DNA of 64,000 nt from Octopus sinensis. Taxonomy: Eukaryota. Each line of letters opens with the position of its first letter. Within the stretch, counting starts at the first letter, position 1. The stretch covers positions 13,392,001-13,456,000 of the forward strand of contig NC_043024.1 in the NCBI RefSeq assembly GCF_006345805.1. The letters are read 5' to 3'. Made by a program: the position numbers and the translations under genes. The notes below the pieces were generated by a model. It did not search any database. It worked only from the letters and a program-made list of their open reading frames with translations, and was not told where the DNA came from. Positions 1 to 13,140 of the stretch are shown one piece after another.

Positions 1-190
1 ATAGGTATTTCGTCAGCCGCTACGTTCTGAGTTCAAATTCCACCAAGGTCGACTTTACATTTCATCCTTTCGGGGTCGATAAATTAAGTACCAGTTACGC
101 ATTATGGTCGATATAATCGACTTACTCCGTTTGTCTGGCCTTGTTTGTCCTCTCTGTATTTAGCCCCTTGTGGGTAGTAAAGAAATAGGT
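1..190 (+). mobile_element. SINE family A body and tail; starts at the multimer junction, so it probably continues upstream of the window
   Basis: B-box gagttcaaattcc, body gtcgacttt..tttcatcctttcggggtcgataaattaagtaccag, tail gtttagccccttgtgggtagtaaagaaatag; matches many copies in the window. Confidence 0.85.
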
Positions 191-231
191 TCTGAATTCT
201 GGCGCATGGTCAGCTGTTTTGGCTGAAGGGC

Positions 232-402
232 TAAGTTGATTATATTGACCTTAATGTGCAACTGGTACTTAATTTATCGACACCGAAATGATTAAAAGTA
301 AAGTCAACCTAGAAGGAATTTATACTCACAACATAAAAGACGGACGAAATGTCGCTAATCGTTTTGTCCGGCGTTGAAACTTTTCTGCCAGCTCGCCACC
401 TT
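232..402 (-). mobile_element. Degenerate SINE A
   Basis: Head (+ strand ctgccagctcgccacc) and body similar to the other A copies. Confidence 0.7.
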
Positions 403-431
403 AACCGAACCTGATATTACGTCACATTCAT

Positions 432-529
432 GTAGCGAACTGGCAGAATTACTATTGCGCCGGATTAAATGCTTAATGACATTTCGCCCGTCTTTATGTT
501 CATAGAGTATAAATTCCGGCGAGGTCGAC
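432..529 (+). mobile_element. SINE A 5' head fragment
   Basis: gcgaactggcagaa...aaattccggcgaggtcgac. Confidence 0.65.
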
Positions 530-576
530 CACGTCCACCACCAACATCACCAGAACAAACACCATCACTACTACTT

Positions 577-628
<52 letters not shown>

Positions 629-984
629 AGCTGCTGCTGCTGCTACTACGACTACCTCGATGATAACGACGTCAACCACCACACCACCAAAAATACTACC
701 ACCGAAACCACCACTACTATGACGACAACCACTACCACCACCTCTATCACCACCACCACCACCACCATAACTACATAATTACTACTACGACGACGACAAC
801 CACTACAACCAGCACCACCGCCACGACAACAGCCACCACCACCAACACCAGAACAAACACCATCTCTACCGCTACTACCGCAGCTACTACTACTACTACT
901 ACAACTACCACTGCTACTACCGAAACTACTATTACTACTACTACTACCACCGCAACTACCGAAACTACTACTACCACCACCACC

Positions 985-1015
<31 letters not shown>

Positions 1016-1025
1016 TCACTACTAA
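530..1025. repeat. Compound (CTA)n/(ACC)n trinucleotide array
   Basis: Seen directly. Confidence 0.95.
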
Positions 1026-1644
1026 TGTATTGCAGTATATATTCCGGATTTCCGCATTCTAGCAAAACTAAATCTTCAATCGGTTTTGATACGTAGAAGC
1101 GAGTGCAACTCAGGTGTTATTTCCTCGATCGCGGGTTCGGAAGTGCAGTTTATCTGACGGTGACCTTCAAGTGATTGGCTTTTGGCTTTTGCAAAACTAT
1201 TCAAAAGTTTTGCAGGTGAAATTTTTCCTCCGCCAGTCTTTCGTAAGCGATTCTTACAGAGGCGTCCAAAAAGGAAGACGCTACATCACGAACCAGAGAA
1301 AATGGGAAAGAGACGGAGAGAAACGAAACCAAAATATTGACAAAATAAATTAGAAATATAATGATCGGCTGATTATTTGTGCTGTGGTTTGGTGCCGGTT
1401 CGTGATCGATGGCGAACGTTTTGTGATGGCGCAACAGGTCTTCTAAGAATACGTCGACGAAATGGAAGAATAAGATAGAAAAAACAAAACAAAACAAATG
1501 TTCTTAGAAATATGCAGAAGGATGTATGTTGTATATATTTTCGTGGTTAACATTTCGAAGTGGCTTCACATGATATCCACATATTCAGTGCGTGACCCAA
1601 AACTATTCAACATAGCATATTCTTAGGCAGATACAGCTTGTTTC

Positions 1645-1653
1645 AATAACAAC

Positions 1654-1711
<58 letters not shown>

Positions 1712-1714
1712 GTA

Positions 1715-1747
<33 letters not shown>

Positions 1748-1750
1748 TAA

Positions 1751-1793
<43 letters not shown>

Positions 1794-1797
1794 AATG

Positions 1798-1893
<96 letters not shown>

Positions 1894-2211
1894 GTAATAA
1901 TGATAATAATAATAGTAATAATAATAATAATAGTAATAATAATAATAATGATAATAATAATGATAATAATGATAACAATAACAGTAATAATATTGATAAT
2001 AAGGATGATGATGATGATAATAATAGTGATAATAATAATAACAATAATAGTAATAATATTGATAATAATGATGATGATGATAATAATAACAATATTGATA
2101 ATGATAACAATAATGATGTTGATGATAATGCTGATGATAATATTAATAGTAACGGGGATAATAACAGCAACAACAACAACAACAACAATAATAATAATAA
2201 TAATAATAATA

Positions 2212-2257
<46 letters not shown>

Positions 2258-2340
2258 AAGAAGAATAAGAAGAGGAGAAAGGAGAAGAAGAAAAAGAAGA
2301 AGAAGAATATTAATAGTGATAATAATAATGATGATGATAA
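1645..2340. repeat. Long compound (AAT)n/(GAT)n/(AAC)n/(GAA)n array
   Basis: Seen directly. Confidence 0.95.
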
Positions 2341-2344
2341 TGGT

Positions 2345-2465
2345 CCCCATGTGCAGTCTTCTTGCACCTACAGAGTATGTGAACATGCAGGATAGAGCTG
2401 CACGGGTATAATATTTTAGGATAGGGAGCAAAATGCAATTGGGATGTTCGAAAGCCTTACATAAC
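2345..2465 (+). mobile_element. Possible R4/Dong-like zinc-knuckle remnant directly after the TAA array
   Basis: Frameshifted HVQSSC..TEYVNMQDRAARV*YFRI resembles the H-x4-C..EY..RHD.VAR.IHW seen at 32.3 kb. Confidence 0.35.
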
Positions 2466-3604
2466 AAGTTTTACATCAACATTTTGTGCTGCTGAAGTTT
2501 CTTTAGGGGTAAAATTTGGGTAGAATAGTTGTTGTTATTGTTGAAGTCGAGTGAATTTGGAACATTATAATGTAGGTTTTTTTCAAATTTTTTTTCTTAA
2601 AATTGGAGCCGATTAAAATTGAGGTTGCTTTTGAAATATCTGGATAATTTTAGGTGTTTAACACTCAACATTCTTCCCACTGTTGGATTCCAAGTCAATT
2701 TTTCCCCACATTATTTTAATAATATTCAATTATCAAAAAGTGATGTCTAAACTGGGCAAAATGAGTAATGGCTAGTTCCTGCAATTTATTCTCTTTAACT
2801 GCATGGTGCTTGAATACATCGGGATGTTCCTTACATTATTTTCACTAATGATATACTTTAAACTACATTGTTCAACGTTCTGCTCATGCCGTTGATTCAA
2901 ATCCTTGCAGGCTTTAAAATATAAGGGGTTTACGTAACCATAGGATCGAAACGTAATCGATCCGTTCTTTCTTCAACACATTCGAGGTTAACTTCGCTGT
3001 ATGTACCATGCATTCTCTAATGACTTAAGACGTTATTTTATTCGTGAACAGTAACAAATAATCTTTTGACATTACCTCGCCACTCACGTTTGACCGAGCA
3101 GAATATTCATAATGTGACGAGAAGCGGGATAAAATGATAAAATATGATGCAACAATAATGTTTGTTTTTGTTGCTCCAAAGAAATGAAACAGAAAGCAAA
3201 CGAAATTGAACTCGGGGTGCAGAGAACCGGGAGAAAAATATATCTGAATGCCTTTAACTTGACGGCTGGATGTCTGCCAAACGATGGCGTATTTAAGGGT
3301 CGATAAATAATTATGCATGCCGTGAAGGTGCCTGGATTAATAAACATTATTCTATCGGTTTATTTTGATTTGTGACGATTTACGGAGCAATCTTTAAAAG
3401 CAGAAAGAGGAAATAAGTAAGAAATTTCCGTAATCTCCGAAGAGAAAGGTGGATGCCACTGCCGAATATTAGAGGTGGGATTGCTGGGTAGTATTCGTAT
3501 CATCCGATAGTATTTCGGGTGGATTATAGTTATAGCTATTTCTTTTGCGAATTCTAATTGTGCCTCGAGAAAATTCCACATTCTACGATATTCTGCTTTG
3601 AGAA

Positions 3605-3926
3605 TTGTCATTTTGTCCAAGTTTGGGGTGACAGTTCCTCAGCTATTTGGAACGAGCTCATAGACGTAGTTCTACAGGTTCACTCACCTTGCTAGAAACG
3701 GCAACCCTTCTCCATTAAGCCAAACTGTATAGGTTCAATTCTAGCTTCTTTACATCGCTGCAGGGTTGTCATTTTGTCCACGTTTGGGGTGACTGTTCTT
3801 CAGCTTTTTGGAACATGCTCATAGACGTAGTGCTACAGGTTCACTCACCTTGCTAAAAACGGCAACTCTTCTCCTTTAAGCCAAACTGCATAGGTTCAAT
3901 TCTGGCTCGTTTACTTCGTTGCAGGG
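3605..3926. repeat. Tandem duplication, 2 x 161 bp, diverged
   Basis: Units 3605-3765 and 3766-3926 both run ttgtcattttgtcca...gcaggg. Confidence 0.9.
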
Positions 3927-4358
3927 TTGTATGTTATAGGAAACAAACCAGTTTCTCAAGTCTGCTCCTCCAAAACTCAACTGCAACAATAACAAACAAC
4001 ATGTGATAACCGTGTTGTTACGTTTCACAACAGAGTATCAACACGTTTAGTCTAGGTATCAAAAAAAAAAGAAAACCGAACAAAAGTAAAAAAAAAATGT
4101 AGTCACAAGACTTATTTCATTCGAAAAGTGTCGAGTCTAATTTTTTCTTTTCTTTTTCTTTTCTTTCTTTTTTGTTTTCCAAAAGAAGAAGAGAACATTC
4201 AGGAAACAAACGACAGAAATGTAACACGATAAAAGGAAATAATGAAATTTGCGAAATAGCCAAGTAAAATTAATCCATTTTATATAATTCTGTTGACGTT
4301 TCTCGCTCCGACTCTTACGTTTTACTCTCTCGCTTTCACTCACTTACTCGTTCATGAT

Positions 4359-4364
<6 letters not shown>

Positions 4365-4399
<35 letters not shown>

Positions 4400-4485
4400 T
4401 GTGTGTATGTATATTTATATATATATATATATATATATGCCTGTGTGTATGTATATTTATATATATATATGCCTGTGTGTATGTA

Positions 4486-4560
<75 letters not shown>

Positions 4561-4590
4561 TATATATATATATACATATATATATATATT

Positions 4591-4624
<34 letters not shown>

Positions 4625-4626
4625 AT

Positions 4627-4698
<72 letters not shown>

Positions 4699-4699
4699 G

Positions 4700-4730
<31 letters not shown>

Positions 4731-4790
4731 CATATATATATATCATATATATATATATATATATATATATAGATATATATATATATATAT
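4365..4790. repeat. (TA)n array with three interspersed atgcctgtgtgtatgtatattt units
   Basis: Seen directly. Confidence 0.9.
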
Positions 4791-5582
4791 AATTTTCCGT
4801 TTTCTCTCTATACCTCAATGATAATATAAAGGAATGACTTTTCAATAGTTGATTATATTTAAAGCAAGAAAGTGCTTTTGTATGGCTTTATTATTATTAT
4901 TAATTTTTTTGTTTATTCTTTGTTTGTTTGTTTGGCTTGTTTTTTGTTTTTGTTTTTAAAAGTAAAATTCAATGTAAAACCAACGAACGGACATAAAACA
5001 TGGCGCCGATTTGAAAAGAGTGGAAAAAAAACAACAACAAACAAAACCACACACAAATCTTATTTTGACGAAAAGTGGCTAATGAAAACGAACTAATAAA
5101 CAAGATATGGTAATGGTTGTTTCCCGCTATATCATTTATTAATATTATTCATAAGGCAACACCAGGCGTTTAAATAAGAAAGATCACTGCCAGACAAAAT
5201 GGAGACCCGTACCATTTATCGATTCTTTCTGATCATTTATAATTTAGAGCTTTCGAGAAAATTCTTTAATAGCTCGTCGGAGAAGGCAGGGTGGATGTAT
5301 AAATTAATAATGACGACCATTGTTGTAAAGAGAATCTTGAAAGCTATTTATTTTGTTTTGTTGCTTTGCTTTTCTTTCTATTCCCTTCTCTCTTTCTTTC
5401 TTTGTTTCTTTTCTTTCTTTTCTTTTCTTTTCGTTCTCACTAGCTTTTCGTAAATAACACTGACTTAGTCATAGTACACAATACAACGCCAGTGCTAAGT
5501 AAGTTTTTTTTTTCTACTGAACAAAAATATTTAAAAAATCCTAGAAAAAATATAAAATAAAGGACAAATGATATTACAATAT

Positions 5583-5647
<65 letters not shown>

Positions 5648-6039
5648 GCTACATACTGTTATACTAAAAACGCCGATGACTACTTCAGTAAGAATAACTG
5701 TTACCACTACCAAAACTCCTACTCCCCTTAGAAATATCATTAACAACAGCAGCAACAAAACCTACTGCTACTACTACTACTACTATTGCTGCTGCTACTG
5801 GTTTTGCTGCTGCTGATATGTTATTTGGATTGAAATAACTTGGAATTTCAGCAAACAACAACAAAAAGAAACGCAAACAGTAGTGCAAGAAAGCACAAAG
5901 AATATCAGATGAGATCAATGAAGAAGTAGCATTTCCCGGTGAAGAACAGCAGAAAGTGCTGCAGCATTAGCAATGGTGGTGTGGTTGTTTGGCTGCAAGT
6001 TCTTGCGCAGTTCCATCTTAAAATGCACAGCCTTCTAAT

Positions 6040-6245
6040 GCGGTGAGCAAGCAGGTTCGTTAGCACGCCGTGCAAGGAAAAATGCTTAGCGGCATTTCGT
6101 CCGTCTTTATTTCTGATTTCAAATGCCACCAAGGTCGATTTAGCTTTCATCCCTTTCGAGTACGAAGCAAAAAATACGTTCCAGTTAACTAATGGGGTTC
6201 ATGTAATCGTTTTACATTCTACCCCCGAAATTTCTTATTTGTTTT
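6040..6245 (+). mobile_element. Degenerate SINE A with the alternative tail (A2)
   Basis: Head cgttagcacgccg..aaatgcttagcggcatttcg and body similarity. Confidence 0.7.
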
Positions 6246-6994
6246 TAGCCATCTTTGTTATATGTGTTATTGTTACTACATGGTTATAGTGTAAAAACAA
6301 ACATGTACCGTCATAACAATTAGCAAAATACAACAATATTGATGTCGAGGAAAGAATTACTTCAGCCACAGGAAAGACAATAACCAATTAATGGAGCTGT
6401 GTTTTAAGAAGTTAGGAAACACTAGAAGTTCGTTTTCGCCAGACGGTGTATCGAACTCTCTATCAGAATTCGGTTATGATCCGGAGGAGGGTATAACGTT
6501 TGCAGAGTGCTTTAGAAGGAAAAAAGAAAACTTCAGGGAAGATTGCAAGTCATGAACGGACAACGGAAAAGTATGTGGTGTTGGTTTTTTTACGTCCCTA
6601 TCCGACGAAAGATACGGATAGAATAAGTACCACGCATCAGTAGAGATGTAGAATCGGTCGAATAAAAGATCTACAAGGCGGTGCTCCAGCATGGTCGAAG
6701 TTTACTGAGAAATGCAAGATAAACAGAAGAGCAAATGTGAATATTTTTAGAAGCTAGAAAGGTGGGACTTCTTGGAGTAGAGGAATTTTAACCCATTTTG
6801 TGAGAATGAATAATGCTTTGGACAGACCGACGTCCCATTCAAGGTTGAATGTATACACGTTTACAGAATATGCGGAACAACGGCAAAATCAGCTTCGTCA
6901 TCACACATTGTTGTTGTTGTTGTTGTTGTTATTGTTGTTGTTGTTGTTGTTATAATAATAATAATAATAATAATAATAATTATTATTATTATTA

Positions 6995-7709
6995 TCTTTA
7001 TATATATAAAACTGAGAATGTGTGTCTGTCTGTCTGTGTGGTTCCCTAAAACTTGAGAACTACACAACCAATTTCATTCAAATTTTACACATGCCTTACT
7101 TAGGGCCCATGTAGTTTCATGGGCCAAAAGAATGTTCAAATTCTTGCCTAGAGGGAGCCCATAGCAATATCATATCTTCTCCACTATTTCAGTATTACGT
7201 GTCAAAAGTGAAACGAAAATATTTCTCTATTTTATGTCAGATGCTTTCACTTTAACAATAAAAATAATAATAACAATTGAATTATATGTAGTAAGTTATA
7301 ATTAAAATCAAACTAAAGTATAATATAATCGTAACATAACAAAAGTAAAAATAGCAATTGGTATAAATTTGCATCAATGATTTGAACTTGAATAAGTGGT
7401 TTCACATGAATGAGAATAAATCAAAAATAAAATTAGCGTGCAGAAATGGAATAGTCCAGATGGATAATAAAAAATTAAATTAAAGAAAAGACTTTTGTCT
7501 ATAAAGTATACAATGTAGAGAAAAAAGAATAACTATCAATTCCAGTCTATTATATATTTTGAGTATTGTTACCAATAGCGATATCAAGATATAACTTTGT
7601 ATTTTGCATTTTATGTGTAGATGTATATATACAGATGTACATGTAATATATATATACACATATATACATGCACTAGCACTATGATCCGGCAACGACGGGT
7701 CATTAATGC

Positions 7710-7712
<3 letters not shown>
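6995..7712 (+). mobile_element. Non-autonomous Helitron inserted in (TTA)n
   Basis: 5' TCtttatatatataaaactgagaatgtgtgtctg; 3' imperfect hairpin ccggcaacgacggg then CTAT; A|T target; both ends resemble the 38.4 kb element. Confidence 0.65.
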
Positions 7713-7781
<69 letters not shown>

Positions 7782-7934
7782 TTGTCTAAATTTGAACGCA
7801 TTTCCGCGTCTTCTTCATTAAACAATTCCGCTATATCTCGCATAACAAAACAGAAGATGAAGGACAGATTAAGATCATAAGTTAAAAATAATAATATGAT
7901 TTAGAGAAAGTCGTAATATCTTTGTATTTCTCTT

Positions 7935-8005
7935 ACCTCTTGGCCTCAAGGTCAGTCCCGATCGACCAGATAAGTGATCAAATAATTCAGTCGGTCACTA
8001 ATCTT
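7935..8005. mobile_element. Fragment of a further SINE-like family (C); related fragments near 9360-9500, 24870-24920, 43690-43760 and 59280-59400
   Basis: Shared motifs gctagaaatagcagcc and ggtcag.cc.gatcga.cag..tgatcaaa between fragments. Confidence 0.4.
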
Positions 8006-8283
8006 TTTTTTTTTTAATTAGGACAATCTTGGGCTGAATCGTGTGACTTGTTCTGTTATTAAGATGACTGGGTGATTGGAAGGATGCACTGTCACGTTGT
8101 CTTATAATTGTAATGGTGTGTTAGACATATAGAGAGACCAAAGACGAGATTAAAAGGATAGCAGTCAGAAAGGGTTATAAGCTGTATTGGCGCAGCCGCT
8201 TCGCCGCCGCTTATATGGCGTCGTTCATTCAACGTTACGTTATTCCACATGAGATGTTACCCTGTTCGGCTTGTTTTAATGCT

Positions 8284-8329
<46 letters not shown>

Positions 8330-8827
8330 CTCCGTTTCTGTGTGTGAATATTACTCATTATAAGTTAATAGTCAGCGAAAGTGTATAATTCAATCGGGTT
8401 CACTTAATAAACCCGGATGATTCTCCCTTCAACTTTCTCCCACGGCGCTTGTATGTGTGGCTATTTATTTATGCGTCTATGTGTAACATACTTCCCACTG
8501 TTACTCCTTCGCTTTCTGTATATTCTGCGCGCGTGCGTGTGTGTGTTACTCCAGAGCCAACATGTACTATTGCCAAAACAGGCTGAGTGGTGTGTAAACC
8601 GAGCCAAGTCCTCAGAATCCAAACAGATACGCCGTTTTCTGATTCCGGAGAAAACATATGCAAATTTACAAACACACTCGAACGTACACATACATACACG
8701 CACATACCCGACGCACGCACATTACACACTCCATGTCTAGTTTTACGTTAGGTTTTGTGATAATTGATTTCCAACTGTCATCAGGCATAAGGTTTTCTAT
8801 GTATATGACACTACACGTGACTTGAAC

Positions 8828-9155
8828 TACGAGGGTGAGTCAAAAAGTAATGCCATTTTGTTTAGGACAGGTATAATTACCAACACAGACTCATGTATTA
8901 TACATCAAAATGAAGCTGGTCCTCTGTGGATCACATTTCTACTTCTCAACATAGTCACTGTTTCTCTCAATAGCAATGTTCCACCTTCGAATGAGAGCAT
9001 ATATCCTTGCTCCGTAAAATTCTGTTGACTGTTCTTTAAGCCACTTCTTCACTACCGTTTTCACTTCTTCGTCACTGGACTATCATCCCTTCAGCCCGAT
9101 GAAAAACGGTTTGAGAGGCAAACATTGTTCCAGTGACGAGGAAGTGAAAACTGTA
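8828..9155 (-). mobile_element. Mariner 3' remnant with TIR, transposase C-terminus and an internal inversion
   Basis: TA+CGAGGGTGAGTCAAAAAGT TIR; minus strand encodes SSDEEVKTVVKKWLKEQSTEFYGARIYALIRRWNIAIERNSDYVEK* (stop 8939-8941), a typical mariner C-terminus. Confidence 0.9.
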
Positions 9156-9578
9156 CAAAAATTTGTACAAAAATTGTTAGTTTCTCCATTGATTCTACCG
9201 CCGTCTAGGTAAACATAGCCACTCCAGAACATGTCACCATAATATTCTGCCAATTCTCATACACACCATTCTGAGGATTTTCCCAATTTCACCAACCCAT
9301 ATCTCACCAAAACTCTAATACGGGAGATAGTAGTCGAAAAAAGGGAGCATATACTAGGTAGTTAGACTAACTAGAAATAGCAGCCACGGTTCTGCCTGAA
9401 TACACTCAACCGTCATGACAAGAGTGTATATCTCACTCGATGTATTGTATTCCAAGGTAAACTACGACTGTGTGACGATAAGAGATTGTCAAGGCGGGAA
9501 TGTCATTGAAAGTAATGTTTATTCCATTGTGGCTTAAGTGGGACTCACACCAACAACAACAACAACAACAATAATAAT

Positions 9579-9630
<52 letters not shown>

Positions 9631-9633
<3 letters not shown>

Positions 9634-9930
9634 GACCTGGAAATAGAGGTAACCAGAATGTGGAATCTAAAAACAGAAACAATTCCTATCATAGTAGGTG
9701 CATTAGGCATGATAAAAAAATATTCAGACAAATACATAACAAAAACACCAGGACTTACAAACACATATAACATACAGAAAATTGCACTACTGGGCACTGC
9801 ACACATCCTACGCAGAACACTTTCCATACAATAACCATCAGAGCATCACAACAAATCACAGCACATACCCAAGGCCACAGAGCTGCGCTCGGTAGTGAAG
9901 TGAAAGCACGTTATAAAATAAAACTACTGA
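9631..9930 (+). mobile_element. 5'-truncated R4/Dong-like non-LTR retrotransposon (RLE C-terminus plus 3' UTR) flanked by (TAA)n
   Basis: KDLEIEVTRMWNLKTETIPIIVGALGMIKK...IQKIALLGTAHILRRTLSIQ*; TAA repeats on both sides. Confidence 0.85.
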
Positions 9931-9997
9931 ATAATAATAATAATAATAATAATATAATAATAATAATAATAAAATAATAATAACAATAATAGTAGTG

Positions 9998-10033
<36 letters not shown>

Positions 10034-10036
10034 GTA

Positions 10037-10123
<87 letters not shown>

Positions 10124-10150
10124 CAGCAGCAGCAGCAGCAGCAGCGGCAA
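9931..10150. repeat. Compound (TAA)/(TTA)/(TAG)/(CAG) array
   Basis: Seen directly. Confidence 0.9.
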
Positions 10151-10303
10151 CGACAACAGACTAATGGGTCAATAAATATGTATTAAAGAGGTATGTGTTG
10201 CAAGAATTTTTGTCGTAATTACATTCTAATTATTAGACTTGTCATTTTTGTCGTTTCGGAAATGGCAAAAGCAATACAGCCACAGCAGAAGCAGCACTGA
10301 CGG

Positions 10304-10338
<35 letters not shown>

Positions 10339-11466
10339 CACACAACCACACACAATACACATAATTTGATATATTGATCTTTACATCTAGCTGACAGTTT
10401 TGGTCACTAGCAAGAACTATTTGCTGAAAACTTGATTCTGATATCATTTGACAGTTTGAATTTTCGCAGCTCTGACAATCTTGTTAATTCCACCTCCATA
10501 TTTATAAAAGCAATTTATTTGAGTAAATACGAAATATCCATTTGCCAACATATCGTTTTAATAAGCGACCATCCTGTCAGAAGATCGCCAGGATGTAATT
10601 CATCATCACCGCTCTATTTACTCAATGTCCACCAGGCTCTATTATGTTCCGCTTTCCTCAGAAGACACCTAGGCATTATTTATTCATATATTTAACTATC
10701 TCTATCACAACTGATCAACTAATGCATCGTTGGTTACGCACCTCTACGACTGGCCAATTCCTGGTTGATGCATTTGTTACGGCAGCGGAAATGTGTGAAA
10801 TTCCGTACGGAAAACACACCCCAAGGGTTTTCATTAAATAAGTGACCGTTCTCTAAGTTTTCTCACTGATGTACACATATTTACATCCATACTGTATCAC
10901 ACAAAATTCTACACACACCTACATAAACCTACCCTCCCACACAAGTGTATACGCCCTTTAGATTATATAGGTGATAGTTCTTATATATTTTTTTGTCCTT
11001 TTTTTACGATGTTGAAATGCGAAAGAAATACATATAATTTCCATGATCTAAAGAAACTAATATTGCAAATATTGTGCAGTCTATAATTCAATACATTAAT
11101 TAAATTGTGGCTCTCTGGCTTTCTAAATGTGTGTGTATGTGTATGTATCTATGTATCTCTCTCTCTCTATATATATATATCTCTCTATCTCTCTATTTAT
11201 CTATCTCTATTTATCTCTCTATCTATATACAATATGGAACACACATACATGGAGTATTGCTTTTGCCGCCAGTTCTTAGGCAGGCTGCGATTTATAGGCG
11301 TAAGAGCATATCTTCTCGTCAATGTGCCTCGTTGCTGGAGTGGATGACATTAATGTTTCGCTATCTTTGTGTCTTATCAACACCACGTACCCAAAACGAG
11401 GCAACACACAAGTTAATTAGCTCTCAATAACTATATGTAAATTGGTGTGAGGACCATGGGTTGGTT

Positions 11467-11895
11467 GGCAGACAAAATACTTATTTCTTTACTTCCCACA
11501 AGTGGCTAAACATAGAGAGGACAAACAAGGACAGACAAGCGGATTAAGTCAATTATATTGCCCCAGGGCGTAACTGATATTTATTTAATCAACCCTGAAA
11601 GGATGAAAGGCAAAGTCGACCTCGGCGGATTTTGAACTCAGAACGTAGCGGCAGACGAAATACCTATTTCTTTATTACCTACAAGAGACTAAACACAGAG
11701 AGGACAAGCAAGGACAGACAAACGGATTAAGTCGATTATATCGACCGCAGGGCGTAACTGGTACTTATTTAATCGACCCCGAAAGGATGAAAGGCAAAGT
11801 CGATCTTGGCGGAATTTGAACTCAGAACGTAGCGGCAGACGAAACACCGCTAAGCAATTCGCCCGGCGTGCTAACGTTTCCGCCAGCTCGCCGCC
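11467..11895 (-). mobile_element. SINE A multimer: head, two body units and the start of a third
   Basis: Junctions at 11657-11670 and 11474-11487. Confidence 0.9.
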
Positions 11896-12129
11896 TTTAT
11901 AAGATGGTATATTTCAAAACAGTTTTTAACGGAATGTACTTTTGGTATGAAAAACAAAGCAAATAACAATGGCGAATAAATGAAGAATGTTAAGAGAAAA
12001 AAATGACAAGAAACATGAGGTGTATAATAAGAGCGATTGCTAATATCGAAAAGCTTTCAACAGAAGACATTTTGAGAAAGTGAAACATGCTTAAAAGAAA
12101 ATATTATTAGCATTAAAGAAGCAGGAAAA

Positions 12130-12172
<43 letters not shown>

Positions 12173-12723
12173 TTAATGATAATAAATGTGTTAGAAAAGA
12201 GGAGTGAAACGATTTGAATGGTTTATGACACGCACAAATAGCAAATGAAGTTGTAAAGATGTTTGAACAATATTTGCAGAGAAGAAACTGAAATGAAAAG
12301 GAACTTGAGATGGCGCATGTGCATAAGCGGGTGTACACTTCAGTGGACGTGGGCACTGCATAAATGAGGTTACTGGGTATAATTGCGCACACTTTAACGG
12401 AAATCCACAGCAGAAATAGTGTCTTCTAGGAACAATACCGAAGATGTACATGGATCCACTTGCAAGGATTCTGTAGAGGTTCCACCAAATTTCACTCCCA
12501 GAATATTAGTCAAATAACGAGTGTCGTTGAAATGACATAAAGTGTAATGCCGTGGAGAAATAACGCGGGTATTAGGGGTACCTGAACCCAACATGTTCAA
12601 CCTGCCTCCGTGCTTATCCAATTCTGTATCGTAATCTTATGTCCAACGCTAGGATGAAGGCCATTGCTGCTATGGCTATACCATCGCATATGAAATTAAT
12701 ATATATATATATATAAGACTTCC

Positions 12724-13006
12724 CTAGGGTGGGTGCATGCGCTAATATATGATTTATAAAAACATGGGACATATTAATAAATACCTGTAAATATAAAACC
12801 ATCCAGATTTCTAAGTACCTTATTTCTTCTAATATATGATATATATATAAACACACATATTTTAGAAGGTTTCGAGATGATGTACAGGTATCATATATTA
12901 GAAGAAATAAGGTACTTAGAAATCTGGATGGTTTTATATTTACAGGTATTTATTAATATGTCCCATGTTTTTATAAATCATATATTAGCGCATGCGCCCA
13001 CCCTAG
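12724..13006. repeat. Near-perfect inverted repeat (118-bp arms, 47-bp spacer), MITE/fold-back-like
   Basis: 12724-12841 vs reverse complement of 12889-13006; one mismatch seen. Confidence 0.9.
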
Positions 13007-13019
13007 ATTCCTTTCCTAA

Positions 13020-13140
13020 AACATGGTTCTGGGTTCAGTTCCACTGCGTGGCAACTTGTGAAAATGTTTTCAACTATAGCGTCGGGCCGACCAAAGCCTT
13101 GTGACTGAATTTGGAAGAAGGAAACTAAAAGAAGCTTTTA
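13020..13140 (+). mobile_element. SINE B 5' fragment
   Basis: catggttctgggttcagttccactgcgtggca...gggccgaccaaagccttgtga. Confidence 0.75.
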
